Assembly (NCBI RefSeq): GCF_009914755.1 | Contig: NC_060929.1 | Length of the DNA: 64,000 bases | DNA from: the human T2T-CHM13v2.0 reference genome, Homo sapiens | Direction: 5' to 3' (one strand) | Shown: positions 11,989-25,029 of the stretch, piece by piece | Position numbering within the stretch: the stretch's first letter is position 1 | Layout of the letters: the number at the start of each line of letters is the position of its first letter | Notes under the pieces: generated by a model | What the model was told of the DNA's origin: nothing | Databases searched by the model: none | What the model saw: only the letters and a program-made list of their open reading frames with translations | Program-made: the position numbers and the translations under genes

Positions 11989-13615
11989 TATTTTTTAAAT
12001 ATTCTCATTTCCATAGGTTATTGTGGAGTAGGTGGTGTTTGGTTACATGAGTCAGTTCTTTAGTGGTGATTTCTGAGATTTTGGTGCACTCATCACATGA
12101 GCTGTATACATTGCATCCTATTTGTAGTCTTTTATCCCTCACTCCCTTCCCACCCTTTCCCCCTGAGTCCCCAAAGTCCACTGTGTCATTATTATGCCTT
12201 TGCGTCCTCACAGCTTAGCTCTCACTTATGAGTGAGAATATATGATATTTGGTTTTCCATTCCTGAGTTACTTCACTTAGAGTAATACTCTCCATTCTCA
12301 TCCAGGTCACTGTGGATGCCATTAATTAATTCCTTTTTATGGCTGAGTAGTATTCCATTGTATATATATACCACAGTTTCTTTATCCACTCATTGATTAA
12401 TGGGCATTCGTATTGGTTCCATGATTTTGCACGTGCAAATTATGCTGCTATAAACATGTGTGTGCAAGTATCTTTTTCGCATAATGACTTCTTTTCCTCT
12501 GGGTTGATACCCAGTAGTGGGATTGCTGGATCAAATGGTAGCTCTACTTTTAGTTCTTTAAAGAATCTTCACACTGTTTTCCATAATGGTTGTACAAGTT
12601 TACATTCCCACCAGCAGTGTAAAAGTGTTCCCCGTTCACTGCATCCATGCCAGCATCTACTGTGCTTTGATTTTTTGATTATAGCCATTCTTGCAGAGTA
12701 AGATGGTATTGCACTGTGGTTTTGATTTGCATTTCCTTGATCATTAGTGATGCTCAGTGTTTTTTCATATGTTTGTTGGCCATTTGTATATCTTCTTCTG
12801 AGAATTGTCTATTCATGTCCTTAGCCCACTTTTTGATGGGATTTTTTTCTTCCTTGCTGATTTGTTTGAGTTTGTTGTAGATTCTGGATATTAGTCCTTA
12901 GTCCTTTGTCACATGTATAGATTGTGAAGATTTTTTTCTCACTCTGTCAGTCATCTGTTTACTCTGCTGTTTCTTTTGCTGCGTAAAAGCTCTTTAGTTT
13001 AATTAAGTCCCAGCTATTTATCTTTGTTTTTATTGCCTTTGCTTTTGGGTTCTTGGCCATGAAATCCTTGCCTAAGCCAATGTCTAGAAGGGTTTTCCCA
13101 ATGTTCTCTTCTAGAATTTTTATAGTTTCAGGTCTTAGATTTGAGTCCTTAATCCATCTTGAGTTGATTTTTGTATATGGTGAGAGATGGGGATCCAGTT
13201 TCATTCTCCTACACGTGGCTAGCCAATTATCCCACCACCATTTGTTGACAAGGGTGTCCTTTCCCCACTTTATGTTTTTGTTTGCTCTGTCAAATATCAG
13301 TTGGCTGTAAGTATTTGGGTTTATTTCTGGTTCTCTATTCTGTTCCATTGGTCTATGTGCCTATTTTTATACCAGTACCATGCTGTTTTGGTGACTATGT
13401 CTCATAGTATAGTTTGAAATCAGGTAATGTGATGCCTCCAGATTTGTTCTTTTTGCTTATCTTGGTTTGGCTATGCGGGCTCTTTTTTGGATCCATATGA
13501 ATTTTAGAATTGTTTTTTCCTAATTGTGTGAAGAATGATGGTGGTATTTTGATGGGGATGGTGTTGAATTTGTAGATTGCTTTTGGCAGTATGGTCATTT
13601 TCACAATATTGATTT
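11989..13615 (-). mobile_element. L1PB-type 3' fragment (ORF2 end plus 3'UTR)
   Basis: ORF-track peptides match the L1 ORF2 C-terminal region ([20 protein letters not shown]..., [17 protein letters not shown]); L1PB-type 3' end ggtggtgtttggttacatgag. Confidence 0.9.
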
Positions 13616-13870
13616 GCAGTAGCATCCAAAGATATCAAATACCTAGAAATAAATTAGTAAATGCAATGCAAAAATTCTAGGCTGAAAACTACAAAACTGC
13701 TGAAAGAAATTAAAGGAGACCTTTGAAAATGTGGAAAAGTATATTATATTCATGGATTAGAAGGCTCAATATTAAGACAGCAATATCCCCAAACTGATCA
13801 ATAGATTCAATGCAATTCCAATACAAATACCAGCTGGATTTTTATCAGAAATTGACAAGTTAATTCTCTA
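13616..13870 (+). mobile_element. Older L1M ORF2 fragment in the opposite orientation
   Basis: aaatacctagaaataaat...gaaagaaattaaagga...ttcatggattagaaggctcaatatt...agattcaatgcaattccaat. Confidence 0.75.
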
Positions 13871-15216
13871 ATGTGCAAAGAAGCATTCAAGGTAGGACAC
13901 ATTAGTCATTTGTGGCAAATATTCATGCAATTCTGTTCAAAAAATTATTGAACTTCTATATTATTCCAATAGGCATAGTAAAAGAGGAAACAGAAGCATA
14001 ACAAAGTGGTAAGACAGCCCTGGGTTTAAATCTTAACTCTTTGCCCATGACCTTTACACATCCACCAGAACTTATGGAATTCTTTAGGGGAAGGGTAGGG
14101 TAGGGATGAAGGATGGGTAAAATTTGAAAGGACATCAAAGCTTAGATCTAACTCACCCACCTCCACCCCTACTCAAAGTACTGGATAAAGAAACACTGTT
14201 CTAAATAATTTTTTAAAGTGATACTATACTATTAAGTTGGAAGGGACCTTAAATAGTATTATATTTACCCAAGGCCTAAATAGAGTGAAGTGCTTTGCTC
14301 AAAGTTACACAAGTATCAAAGTGACTATTATTTATCACAGTCAGACCAGAGCCCAAGCCCAATAGCCCAAATGTGGATACAAATTCCAGATCTTCCACCA
14401 GCCAGCTATGCAGCCTATAGTTAAACCTCTGAAATTTGGAACTCTTCCTTGAAAACATGGGGAGAAATAACATCTTTTTAAAGGATACTTTATGGAGTAA
14501 TAAGATAATTTTTAAAGTGTTTAGCCAGTTGCTTGACACATAGCGAGTACTTGCTATTTTTTTTTTCTCTTCCTTTTTTTCTTCCCTGGCTCCTACCCCT
14601 AGCTGGTCTCTCCTTAAATATGTACTCCACCACATGCAATGGTTAGACCTTCTGTTGCAAGTACAGAATTCTATTCAGGTTAACATCAGCAAAAGAGGGG
14701 AGGTCTGGTACCAGGATAGAGGAGTATCGTGAGGACCTCAAAGTCAACAACTCAGCCAGGCTTTAGGAAATCACCTGAACTAGAAAACATAAAAACAAAA
14801 GACCATTCTTTTCTATTTCTTTTCTCTGATTGTCTCTCTATATCCATCCTCCAACTCCCACCTCTCTGTCTCTGTATCTCTCTCAATCTCTCTTTTCTCT
14901 GCTTCTCCATGAATGTGGTAACAGAAGATAGGAATTACACAATTCTTGACAGATTTCTTCCACTTACCAGCCAAGACTCACAATATTTTAGTCCCAATAC
15001 CAAATTCCTGGGAAAGAGAATTTGGTTTGCCACTGGTAGGGAGGAGCATGGAGTCACATAATATACATTAGTTGCCAACACTTAAGCTGAAAAGAGCAGT
15101 TATGGGGTTATTGTAAGATGGGCAGAGAACCCTAAAAGTCTACTACAATATCCTGGCAACTTCCTTGTAGATATCTGAGAGGAATCCTTATCCGTATGTG
15201 AAAGGCTTTCAGCCTA

Positions 15217-15544
<328 letters not shown>

Positions 15545-16265
15545 TTAAATGCCCAGAGTGATGGCAATAGAATAAATTTTCTCTAGTCTCCTTTCTTGGC
15601 TTAGTCATGGCAAGGGTGACATCAGATATTCTTGCCCTTACAACCTGGGCTTATGGAAAAACTGTTCTTAAGAGAATAATCTCATTTCACATAGGCTTGG
15701 CTCTAAAATAAGGGGCCCCTTTCATGGTTGCTCTGGAAATCTGCCATGAGATATACTATATCAGGAAATATTGGCTTAATGTTTTTCTGCTATTCAACAG
15801 TTACTCTCAGAGTTCAGTTATTAGAAACTCTCCTGCTCAGCAGTTTGGTTTTCTGCATGTATACATGATTTTATTTCTAATGAATGAATTCCATATGAGC
15901 TAATTATAGAAAATAAGATTTTTTTGCAGAAATTAGCATGGTTCTTTATTAGCAAAACTAATTGCATTTCATTAATTTTCTTCTTAATTAAAACCACTGG
16001 TTTTCGTGGGAAATTCAATGAATAACATGCTTTTCTAATGAATGTAAGCTTATGCTATGCAAATACCAAAGCCATGCATTACTACAGGTGCTGCCCCGGC
16101 TCATCATAAGTAAAAAAAAAAAAAAAAAAAAAAAAACAGAACAAAACAAAACTAAAAAGCTAACACAAGTCCTCTTTACTCTGTTTGGAGTTTTATTAAT
16201 CTAAATAGAAAATACTGCTGAGAAGTTGTAAGCTCAAGTCTCAGCTAAGCCATTCTTTTCTATAG

Positions 16266-16354
16266 GTTCTCTGCATGTTTGGAAGTCGGAATTGGTTGAA
16301 GTTGAAGATGATGTGTATCTGAGGCACAGCTCTTCCCTGACTTATAGGCTTTGA
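16266..16354 (+). CDS. HMHB1: HMHB1 coding exon 2: GSLHVWKSELVEVEDDVYLRHSSSLTYRL*; His16 allele (CAT 16274-16276)
   Basis: Acceptor cattcttttctatAG (AG 16264-16265), phase-1 junction and TGA at 16352-16354. Total CDS 37+89=126 nt. Confidence 0.95.
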
Positions 16355-16510
16355 CACTGCTGTTGAGGTTTGACTCGAAGCCCAGAGTTTTGGTGTGGAT
16401 GAGCAGGGACAAATTGCTGAGCATGAAGAAGAGTAAAATTAAGCAAGTGGAACATATGCCCTTTGCCTCTGCTCTGCACAGTGAAATGAAAAGTCAACCT
16501 TTGAACATGT
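16355..16510 (+). other. HMHB1: Probable HMHB1 3' UTR (end approximate)
   Basis: Follows the stop codon. There is no AATAAA nearby, but variant signals AGTAAA (~16432) and AATGAA (~16486) precede a GT-rich tract (tgtgtgtgtgtct ~16508). Confidence 0.5.
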
Positions 16511-17132
16511 GTGTGTGTCTCTCATTTTCCCAAACAGGATCAACCCACCATGATTTATGAATTCACCACTTTCTTAGAGGCTTCCTTTCTTTTTTATTAG
16601 ATCCTCCTTTGAGAGCATCTAGGGTCCTATCAAAGAGGGAAGTGACTTCAAGCAAATCCACACTCAGACGTGAATTAACAATGGCTACCAAGCACAGAGC
16701 CCTTTTCCCTGGCACACTCCTGGGAAACAAGCAGTTACAACACTTGTGGAGAGTAATGTGATAGTATACATTCATTTTTTTTTAAGTAGAAACATTTATA
16801 TTTAGAAATTTAACCTTTAGTAATGTGTCCCACAGGAATGCTTGCCTGAGTGTACCAGGATTTTTATTGTAGCAGTGTTTCTCAAAGGAAAAACAACAAC
16901 AGCAACAACCTTAAAAACAAACCTAAGTGTCTATCGCTAGGGAAATAGTTACATAAATTATAGTACATTCATTCATACTATGGGACACTCTGTGGACAAT
17001 AAAAGGAACGGAGTATACCTATATGTTAGAACATGGGGAAAATGTACATACTACCTGGTTAAATGGAAACAGCATTTTTCATTTATGATTCAATTTTCAT
17101 AAAATAAATATTGCACACAATAAAAGATGCAG

Positions 17133-17410
<278 letters not shown>

Positions 17411-17534
17411 CTAACTGTTAACAGCAGAAAGTGGGTATGGAATGGTGAGTAGGACTTACACATTGATACTGTTTGAACTTCCTACCATTAGAAGACATCA
17501 TTTTAAATTAAAAAATTAAAAATAGGTATGGTTG

Positions 17535-17680
17535 GTTAGAGAATTTCAGTTTGCAGTGATGAAAAACTTCTGGAGATGGATGAAGGTGATGGTTGCATAA
17601 GAATGTCACTGAACTGTATACTTAAACATAATTAAAATGGGAAATTTTATGTTATATATAGTTTACCACAATAAAAAAAA
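17535..17680 (+). mobile_element. L1MB-type 3' terminus
   Basis: ttctggagatggatgaaggtgatggttgca...cactgaactgtatactt...ttaccacaataaaaaaaa. Confidence 0.75.
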
Positions 17681-18371
17681 TGGTGACCTTCACAAGGGCA
17701 TTTCCATTACATAAGAAGTGAGCAGTGTGTAGCTTAAAGACGAGTTTGGTAAGGGGGCCTGGGCCAGATTGGAAGTCCTTTGAATGCAATACCAATGAAT
17801 TCGATGTAATAGACCCTCTAGAGTTACAGATGATGTCTTAACAGCATTTAGGATAAGACAAAGGACACCTTTGGCTGTGAGCAGCAGAGGAGGCCTCCAT
17901 TTGGTGAAATAGATATTGAAGGGAGGTTATTTGTGGTCTCTAATATCATGCCACCATTGTCCCCGTCCCCATCAGTCATAACTTTTTCTTTTGCCCTCAT
18001 AAAGCTGAGCCTGCCAAGAATAATATGTTTATGTCTTTATATACAGCTGCCTAAACCCATTTATCAACTATTTAAGAGTCTGTATTACATTTCATTTTTT
18101 GGCCATTTAATTGTATGGAATTACAACTTTCAAGCTTATACATACCCTATTTGACATAAGAAGTAGTTACTGGTATCTATGAAATAAAAAGAAATAAGAG
18201 TCCAAAGCCAACTTAACACTTCCACTACCAAGGTGTATCTTTAAGTAAGGCAATCAATAAGCACTTAGCAAGCTCCTACCATATAAGCCAGGTAGGACAC
18301 AAAGAAACATAGTAAAGTGCCTAACCTTAAAGGGCTTACCACCTATAAAGGAAATAACCAGTATACAAGGC

Positions 18372-18431
18372 ATTGAATTGAATTGAATTGAATTGAATTG
18401 AATTGAATTGAATTGAATTGAATTGAATTGA
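18372..18431. repeat. (ATTGA)12 pentanucleotide microsatellite
   Basis: Perfect run, followed by degenerate (GGATT)n to ~18460. Confidence 0.97.
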
Positions 18432-21084
18432 GCTGGATTGGATTGGATTGGGTTGGATTCTTTGCAATTTCATACAGGGAGCATTTAACACCCACTAAGA
18501 TATCCCACTGTGCAAGGTAGTATGGGTTTGAAGGAGATAATAAAAATACTAATAAAATATGTTCCCTCTCCCACAAGACTCCCAATTTAGGGGACAGCAG
18601 GAAGGAACTAACTAAAATGCAAGTCAAAATGTAATCGTGATATAATAAATTATAAACATAAATTTGCAAGGAGGACTAGCTTCATTCCCTTCGTGTAATG
18701 AATGAGCATTTGTAAAGGGGTTGAACATAGGAGCAGACTGAGAGAAGGGAGGGCCATTCAGGTTGAGAGAACAGCATGAGCAAAGGCCTGGAGGAGGGAA
18801 TGTGCCTGACTGTTCAGAGAACAGAGAGAGGTTCTTGTCATTTAGAGCGTAGCGTACAGGTTGGGGCACAAGACTCTGCGTGAGATAAATTAGGGGAGGG
18901 AGAGCAGGGCCAGAGCCTTGGGGCACTTGCGAGGAATCACAGATGCATAGAGTCCAAGGGCTGCCGGAATGTTCAAGAGTGGAGATTTTGTGCACAGGAA
19001 GCCATACCCTCTCACCCAGGTTACTGTACCAGCTTTCCATCGTTCCCTCCATTCTGTTTCCACTCAGGCCCTCTCTAATCTATTCCCCACACTGCAACCA
19101 CAGTGGTCCTTTGGAAACTGCAAATCAGATCAGGTCAGTCTTCTGGTTTCCTTTTCTTTTAGAATAAGTTTGGAATGTTAATATGACCTCTGGTGTTGTG
19201 CAGAGCAGGTCTTACACACACACCCCCCAACACCTGCCTGACCTTGTACCAGGACACTCCATTTCTCCCATAATGTTCCAGTCTACCTGACCTGCTCCTC
19301 CCTGATCCTAGGCTGCTATGGGGTATCTCTTGTGCTAACTGTAATGCTGGAAAATAGTAGGTGGTCAATACACAGCTGTGGAATGCAGTACGAAAGGTAG
19401 GCGTGCATGAAGGAATGAATGGAGTGCCGCTATAAGATTCTTTTCAAGTACCATTGGGCCTTATCATGAAGTGCCTGCAAGAGCAAGAAACTCCCTATTC
19501 TGCTTGGAGAGCCAAAGACAAATGGGCACAGGTGGAGGAAGATTCTGAGGTAAAGACAAAGGAAGCTGAGGATGTTCACATGTTTTCTTACATTTACTAC
19601 AATGTGCATTTAGTATATTTGGGATTGAGGGGAGTAGAAAAGGCCTGACATGGGGACCATGGAGAATAAAACAGGAAGCAAAGAAAGTTCTCCTGAAAGG
19701 TCTGCAGAGGAGCTTTGAGGTTTGGTCAGAGAGGATGAGTGGGAAGAAGGTCAGGGCAGTGCTGGGGAAGAGAGGGCAGAGTGCTAGGTAGACTCAGGAT
19801 TGGTCAGGATGGGCATCATGGAAGGTCAGGGGATTTTAGAGCAGGAACAAGGGTATGGCTGAATTGACCTGCCATGGAGTCCTGAGCAGACAAGAGAATA
19901 CAGAAAGAGGGATTATACACTGAGGGTGGAGGAAAGGCTGGCTGGAATCCAAAGGAGTGTGAGAGACATGTGTCCATGAGATTGCAATCACAGAGGCGAT
20001 TCAGAAAGGTCAAGGTCACAGAAGAGAAGACCTGCTCGAGGCAGGGTTGCCCGGTGGCTGCAATAGAGAAGGAGATCACGGGAATCAAGAGCAGGAAATC
20101 ATTGGTCCAAGAGCTGAGGTCACTAGGGATAATAGCTAACCACTGGACCTTTTTAATGGCATGTATAATTATAATCCCACATGTACTGGTTTACTTGCTA
20201 TTGTCTATTTTTCACCATACCAAACTAAATTATAAGCCCCTCAAGGGCAAGGATGAAGTATGTTTCTGTGTGATATCCAGTGTCTGTCATAGTAAGAAAT
20301 ATTCATTAAATATTTGGAGAGCAAATGAATGAATGATTGAATGTTTGACTACAGCACACCACTTCTCACGAAAAAGACTTTGTTTATAGCAATTGTGTAG
20401 TACCAGTGGAAAAACACTTGAGACTGGGGAGTAGTGAAAACATAGTTTTACCAAGCCGTGAAGCTCTGGATTATATACAGTTGTTTGTATGATACCTAAG
20501 TTGTTCTCTCCATTCTGAAAGTGTACGTACTTCAAGGGCAAGAGCCAAATCCTATATAATCCTTATGTAATACTTCCTTTCTATCCACAGAGCAGCCAGC
20601 AGAACTCTAGAAAAATAACAAGCAGATGTATACAGCCTGGAGGAGGAGGTTTTATAGTGAAACAGACTTTTATAGAGTTAGAGAAAACTGCCCCATCACT
20701 GATCTTCAGTAACTTGTTTCCTCATCTGTAAACTAGGAATAAAAAACAGGATGCAGCACATAGGGTTGATGTAAAGCTTAAGTGAGATAATGCGTATACC
20801 CATCTGTCAGTGCCAGGTACATAGCCCTCCATGTAAGACAGCTAAAGATAAAAATACTATTTTATCTGTTTTTTGGACTGTGTAAGCTGCAGTTGGATTT
20901 AGGGTTTGTCACTGTTTGTAGCAGCGACATTCTCATGCTCTTCTCAGTACCCTGGCCAAAAGGTTTGCTTCAGCAGCAGTGATTCCAGACCCCAACTCTG
21001 CTCTTCTCTGGAAGCAGGTATCTGCACGCTCCCACAGCAGGGGCTGATGACCTCAGGGGCTGATCTGTGCAAGCACAGCTCTAT

Positions 21085-21099
21085 GCTGCCCTCTGGTGG
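21085..21099 (-). promoter_or_regulatory. Candidate CTCF site CCACCAGAGGGCAGC
   Basis: Exact match to the CTCF core CCASYAGRKGGCR on the minus strand, in apparently non-repeat sequence. Confidence 0.6.
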
Positions 21100-21639
21100 A
21101 TGTATTTTGGGCTGCCCCTTCCCTGCCATGGACTTGCTGCTGTGCTGACATTAAGGTGCAAAGATAAACTATATGAAGAGCACCTATGAGGAGGTTCTTT
21201 GGAGATTACAGGGTAATGAGGGAGGAACGCACTCCACCAATTGTTGTGTTTGGTTCAGCTTCTCAGTTGTACAATCCTACTTCTACCAAGGGAATGGCTA
21301 TTTCTGCACCAATGAAAAACTCATTACCTCCAAGGGATTTTGGAGGTTAATCAAGGTGGTTCTGAGGCTCTGAGAGGGGCAGCGTCGAGCCTAAGATCAC
21401 ACAGTTAAACGACGACTTTGGCCTCTTAATCTCTGTATTATAACCATTTGCAGACCACTTTCTTTCTGTAAGGAAAAAGTCACAGGGCTCACTGTAAAAT
21501 GCAAATTATTCTGGAAGGGCATCTGCTTTGCCTCACCTGAGAGTAATCTAAATGGCCATAATAGACCCAGGAGCCATGTTTATGTCTTCTCTTTTCCTCA
21601 CCTATTACAGCCAATAAATAAGCAGGCTCTTCGGTTTTC

Positions 21640-22320
21640 CATATCATGTGTCTTATTCGCTGTGCTCCATCTCATCTGCTACTAACTAGCTCCATTCCCT
21701 ATCTCTTTGTTTGGATGACTACAGTTGTCTCCTAAGGGCTCTCTCTGCTTTTCTCCTCCCAGCTCCTTCACAATCCTCTCTCCTCCCAGCAGCCAAGATG
21801 AGCTGATACAAGTCCTGTTTAAAACTCAACACTTCACCCTTGTCTAGACATCCATATGTGATTTCAATCTCATTGTATACCCATGACCCCTTGGCTCTCC
21901 ATATTCCAGCCAACCTGAGCCCTCTTCCATCACTCCGACATGGCCAGCCTTTGCCTTTGCACTTGCTGTTCTCTCTGCATGGAATAGTCTTCTCTGCACA
22001 CTTCTCATGGCTGGCTTTTCCTCTTCTTTCATCTCAGTATAGATGTCTCCTCTTAGAGAGGCCGGCAATGACCACCCTATCTAAAAGAACTCCTTCCCCC
22101 AACATTCTCCTTCCCCAATATGGCAGCTCTTGTTATGCGTTTCTATGAATTTCCTTCATAACAGTAATCACTACCCGTCATTATCTTGTTTATTTGCTTA
22201 ATGCATGTTCTCCATTAGAATATAACTTCCAGGAGGGCAGACTCTTTGCCTTCCCATTGCTGGAGTCTTCTCAGTGTCTGGTACATAACAGATACTCAAA
22301 AAAGTGCTTAGTGGAGTGGA
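21640..22320 (+). mobile_element. L2 fragment
   Basis: gcctttgcacttgctgttctctctgcatggaat...ccattagaatataacttccaggagggcag...gtgtctggtacataacagatactcaa. Confidence 0.7.
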
Positions 22321-23529
22321 AGAGGAGTACTTTATAGCTTGTGGCATTGGCTAACTTTTCATAACCTGGCCCCATCTGTAGCTGCTCCCCTGCCATACCC
22401 AGCCACGTAGAACCATCTTGATCAGATCGTTCCCTTATGTTGGTTGACTGAGTGAATGAGCATGTTTAAGGGATTTCATTTTCTCTATAGCATGTCCTGT
22501 ATGAATGTTGATATATGCATAGACAAAGCTTTATATATTTACACAAAATCACATTCCTTCCTCCATGAAACTTATAATCGTGAATTTGAATTCCTTTCTT
22601 TATTCATTGCTGTAAGTCATAGTAACAAGATTTGATTGTACTAAACGCCATCCCATCACATTAATACAAACTTGATATTATGTTTATTTGATGAAGGTTT
22701 CCCCTGAAACTAGGCACTCAGGAATTGTTTCCAAGAAAAATAATTGAATAGGGAAAGAGACTGCAGTTGCCATTAAAATTAAAACCAGAAATCATTTCGT
22801 GTGTGTTATTCTTCCCTGGTTCCACCTCCAGCAATGACTGGAAACAGGTCCTTAAGGGCAAGTAATAAGAATGAATGTCACAAGAGTCAGAAATAATGAA
22901 CCAATATCTTGCAGAAACACTACAGCATATGCCAACACAGAAAGAGGGTTGGGTAGGAAAGTGTGTGCATGTGAAAAAATAAACATCCCAGTAAAGAAAT
23001 ACGCAGAACCACGTTGATATATATACACAATGTCAGGTTCCTTTTGACTCAACAACAATAATCTGGTCACACAGAGTGAAACTGCAACCCTATCTGGCCC
23101 TTGATGTGGAAGGTGCTGAATCACCTGCCCAGGGGAAACTGCAGACATTTAGCACTTTCAAAGATGAGAATGAGCTAATAAAATTAGAGTCTGGCTCACT
23201 AAGCAAACATCACTGTGTGCCAGCCTCTCTTTGGAGCAAACCTGCTTTCTCAAATGCACACCACAATTTACTCTCCATGTACCATTTCCCTTATGTCAGT
23301 GAATGCCTTTCTCATGTCTTTGAATGTCTTTCTTGATAGCATACGAAAAATGAAGAGAAGGTGAGTTGAGAGGGGAAGGAGTGGGGAATAATAACATTTA
23401 ACTAGATTTGTCATCTACTATTTCTATTAATTACCCTGGGGTTTCATCTCCTGGATCTTGTTATCTCTTTAGAGTAAAAAGCATTTAGTTTACTTAGATG
23501 ATGGCCAAATACTCTTTTTTAAAAAAATA

Positions 23530-23765
23530 CAGTTAGATAGAAAGAATAAGTATTAGTGTTCAAGGGTGACTATAGCTAACAATAATTTACTGCATATTTA
23601 AAAATAGCTAGAAAAGATTTGGAATGTTCCCAACACAAAGAAATGATACATGTTTGAGGTGATGGATATCCCAGTTGCCCTTATTATTACATATTATATG
23701 CATGTATCAAAATACCACAGGTACTCAATATACATATACAATTATTGCATATAAATAACAAATAT
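23530..23765 (+). mobile_element. L1MA-type 3' end
   Basis: gggtgactatagctaacaataat...gaatgttcccaacacaaagaaatgata...gaggtgatggatat. Confidence 0.8.
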
Positions 23766-25029
23766 TAGAAAAATACTTTTTTGTCCTCAAATACTTTGAC
23801 CTTTTTTTCATTTACATAGCTGCTACTCAATATGTGAAAAATTTATGCTTTCTAATTTAAGATTTGAATACTCTAGGAAAACCAGTGTCAAAGATAATTT
23901 TGCAGCAGGGAGCGGGGACTAACAATGAAATCAAGATTAGTAATCCCAAGACCTAACATGCTGAATAAATTTAATGAAGAATTTGAAAGAAGGATTTTTA
24001 TCAAAATACACATCAGGCAAGCCAGCGACAGTTAACCAGATGACCTGACTTTCCTCTTCAAGAATGCTGGATCACAGAAACTTTATTTGCTGTGGTCTGT
24101 GTTTGTTGCAGAAAGAATCTAAGAAGTAAAGATGGGACTCCGTTTCAGATGATGAAGCTCTAAAATGACTTCAGTTGACGGGTAAAGCCCATGACCTCTG
24201 GCCTCAGCAGGTTTCAGAGAACAGGCAGATGGGTGATAATACTCAGAAAGGCATCCATTTATCAGTGAGTTTTCCTTCTAAGCTACATCCCACACAGCAG
24301 CTTTGTGAATGCCTTCATCCCACACCTCAGCAATTTTGAACCAGAACAAGTTTCCGTAAAGGGTAAGGATGATCTGTATAAAATGGTCTGTGTAAGAATG
24401 ATCTGCATAAGAAATGAAAAGAGCAGGTGTGTTCAAGGAGTCAGACCTTTTAGACTCTAAGCACCCCCCTCTCTCATAATACCTTGTAACTTTGGAGACA
24501 TTCTTTAATCTGGTTAAACCTCCATTTTCTTGGTTATAGCATGCAAATAACTAATTCCTGCTGGATCTCTATCTCGGTGGTTGTGAAGTTCAAGTGAAAC
24601 TGAAAGCTGTGTGAAAACTATAAAGGCCTACAATAGATAAGACAGCATGAGACGAGTGTGGTGCTGATAATGTTGATGGGTCACAGGCATGGGTACTCAA
24701 GTTCCTGCCCAAAACCGCATGAAGGAGTGGGTTAGGGGAGCCAGTCACCTCACATCACTGGAGAACAGGCAAGGGTCTTTGGCCTCAGTTATAGCACTTA
24801 GTAGGTACTCAAGCCCAAGGGAACAAGTTTTCATGCAAGTGTCAACACAGCCACCATGAATTGCTCAGAGCAGGACATAAATCAGGTGATTTAGCCCCTC
24901 CAAGCCTTGTTTACTCTTAGAGAAAATGAGGAAATCAGGCTAAATGGCAGTGGAGTGACACAGTCTTGGATTCGAATCTCATTTATACTCCTGGCTAGTT
25001 GTTTGGCCTTGGACAGATAGCTTCACTTT

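Noticed and set aside
13395-13870. Opposite-orientation L1 pieces as a twin-priming 5' inversion
   Set aside because: The two pieces cover overlapping ORF2 sequence and the sense piece is far more diverged, so they are more likely independent insertions.
18372-18431. Regular repeat as a CRISPR-like or satellite array
   Set aside because: It is a simple pentamer microsatellite with no spacers, in human DNA.
24369-24415. Three imperfect copies of atgatctgtataa
   Set aside because: A short degenerate micro-duplication with no sign of function.
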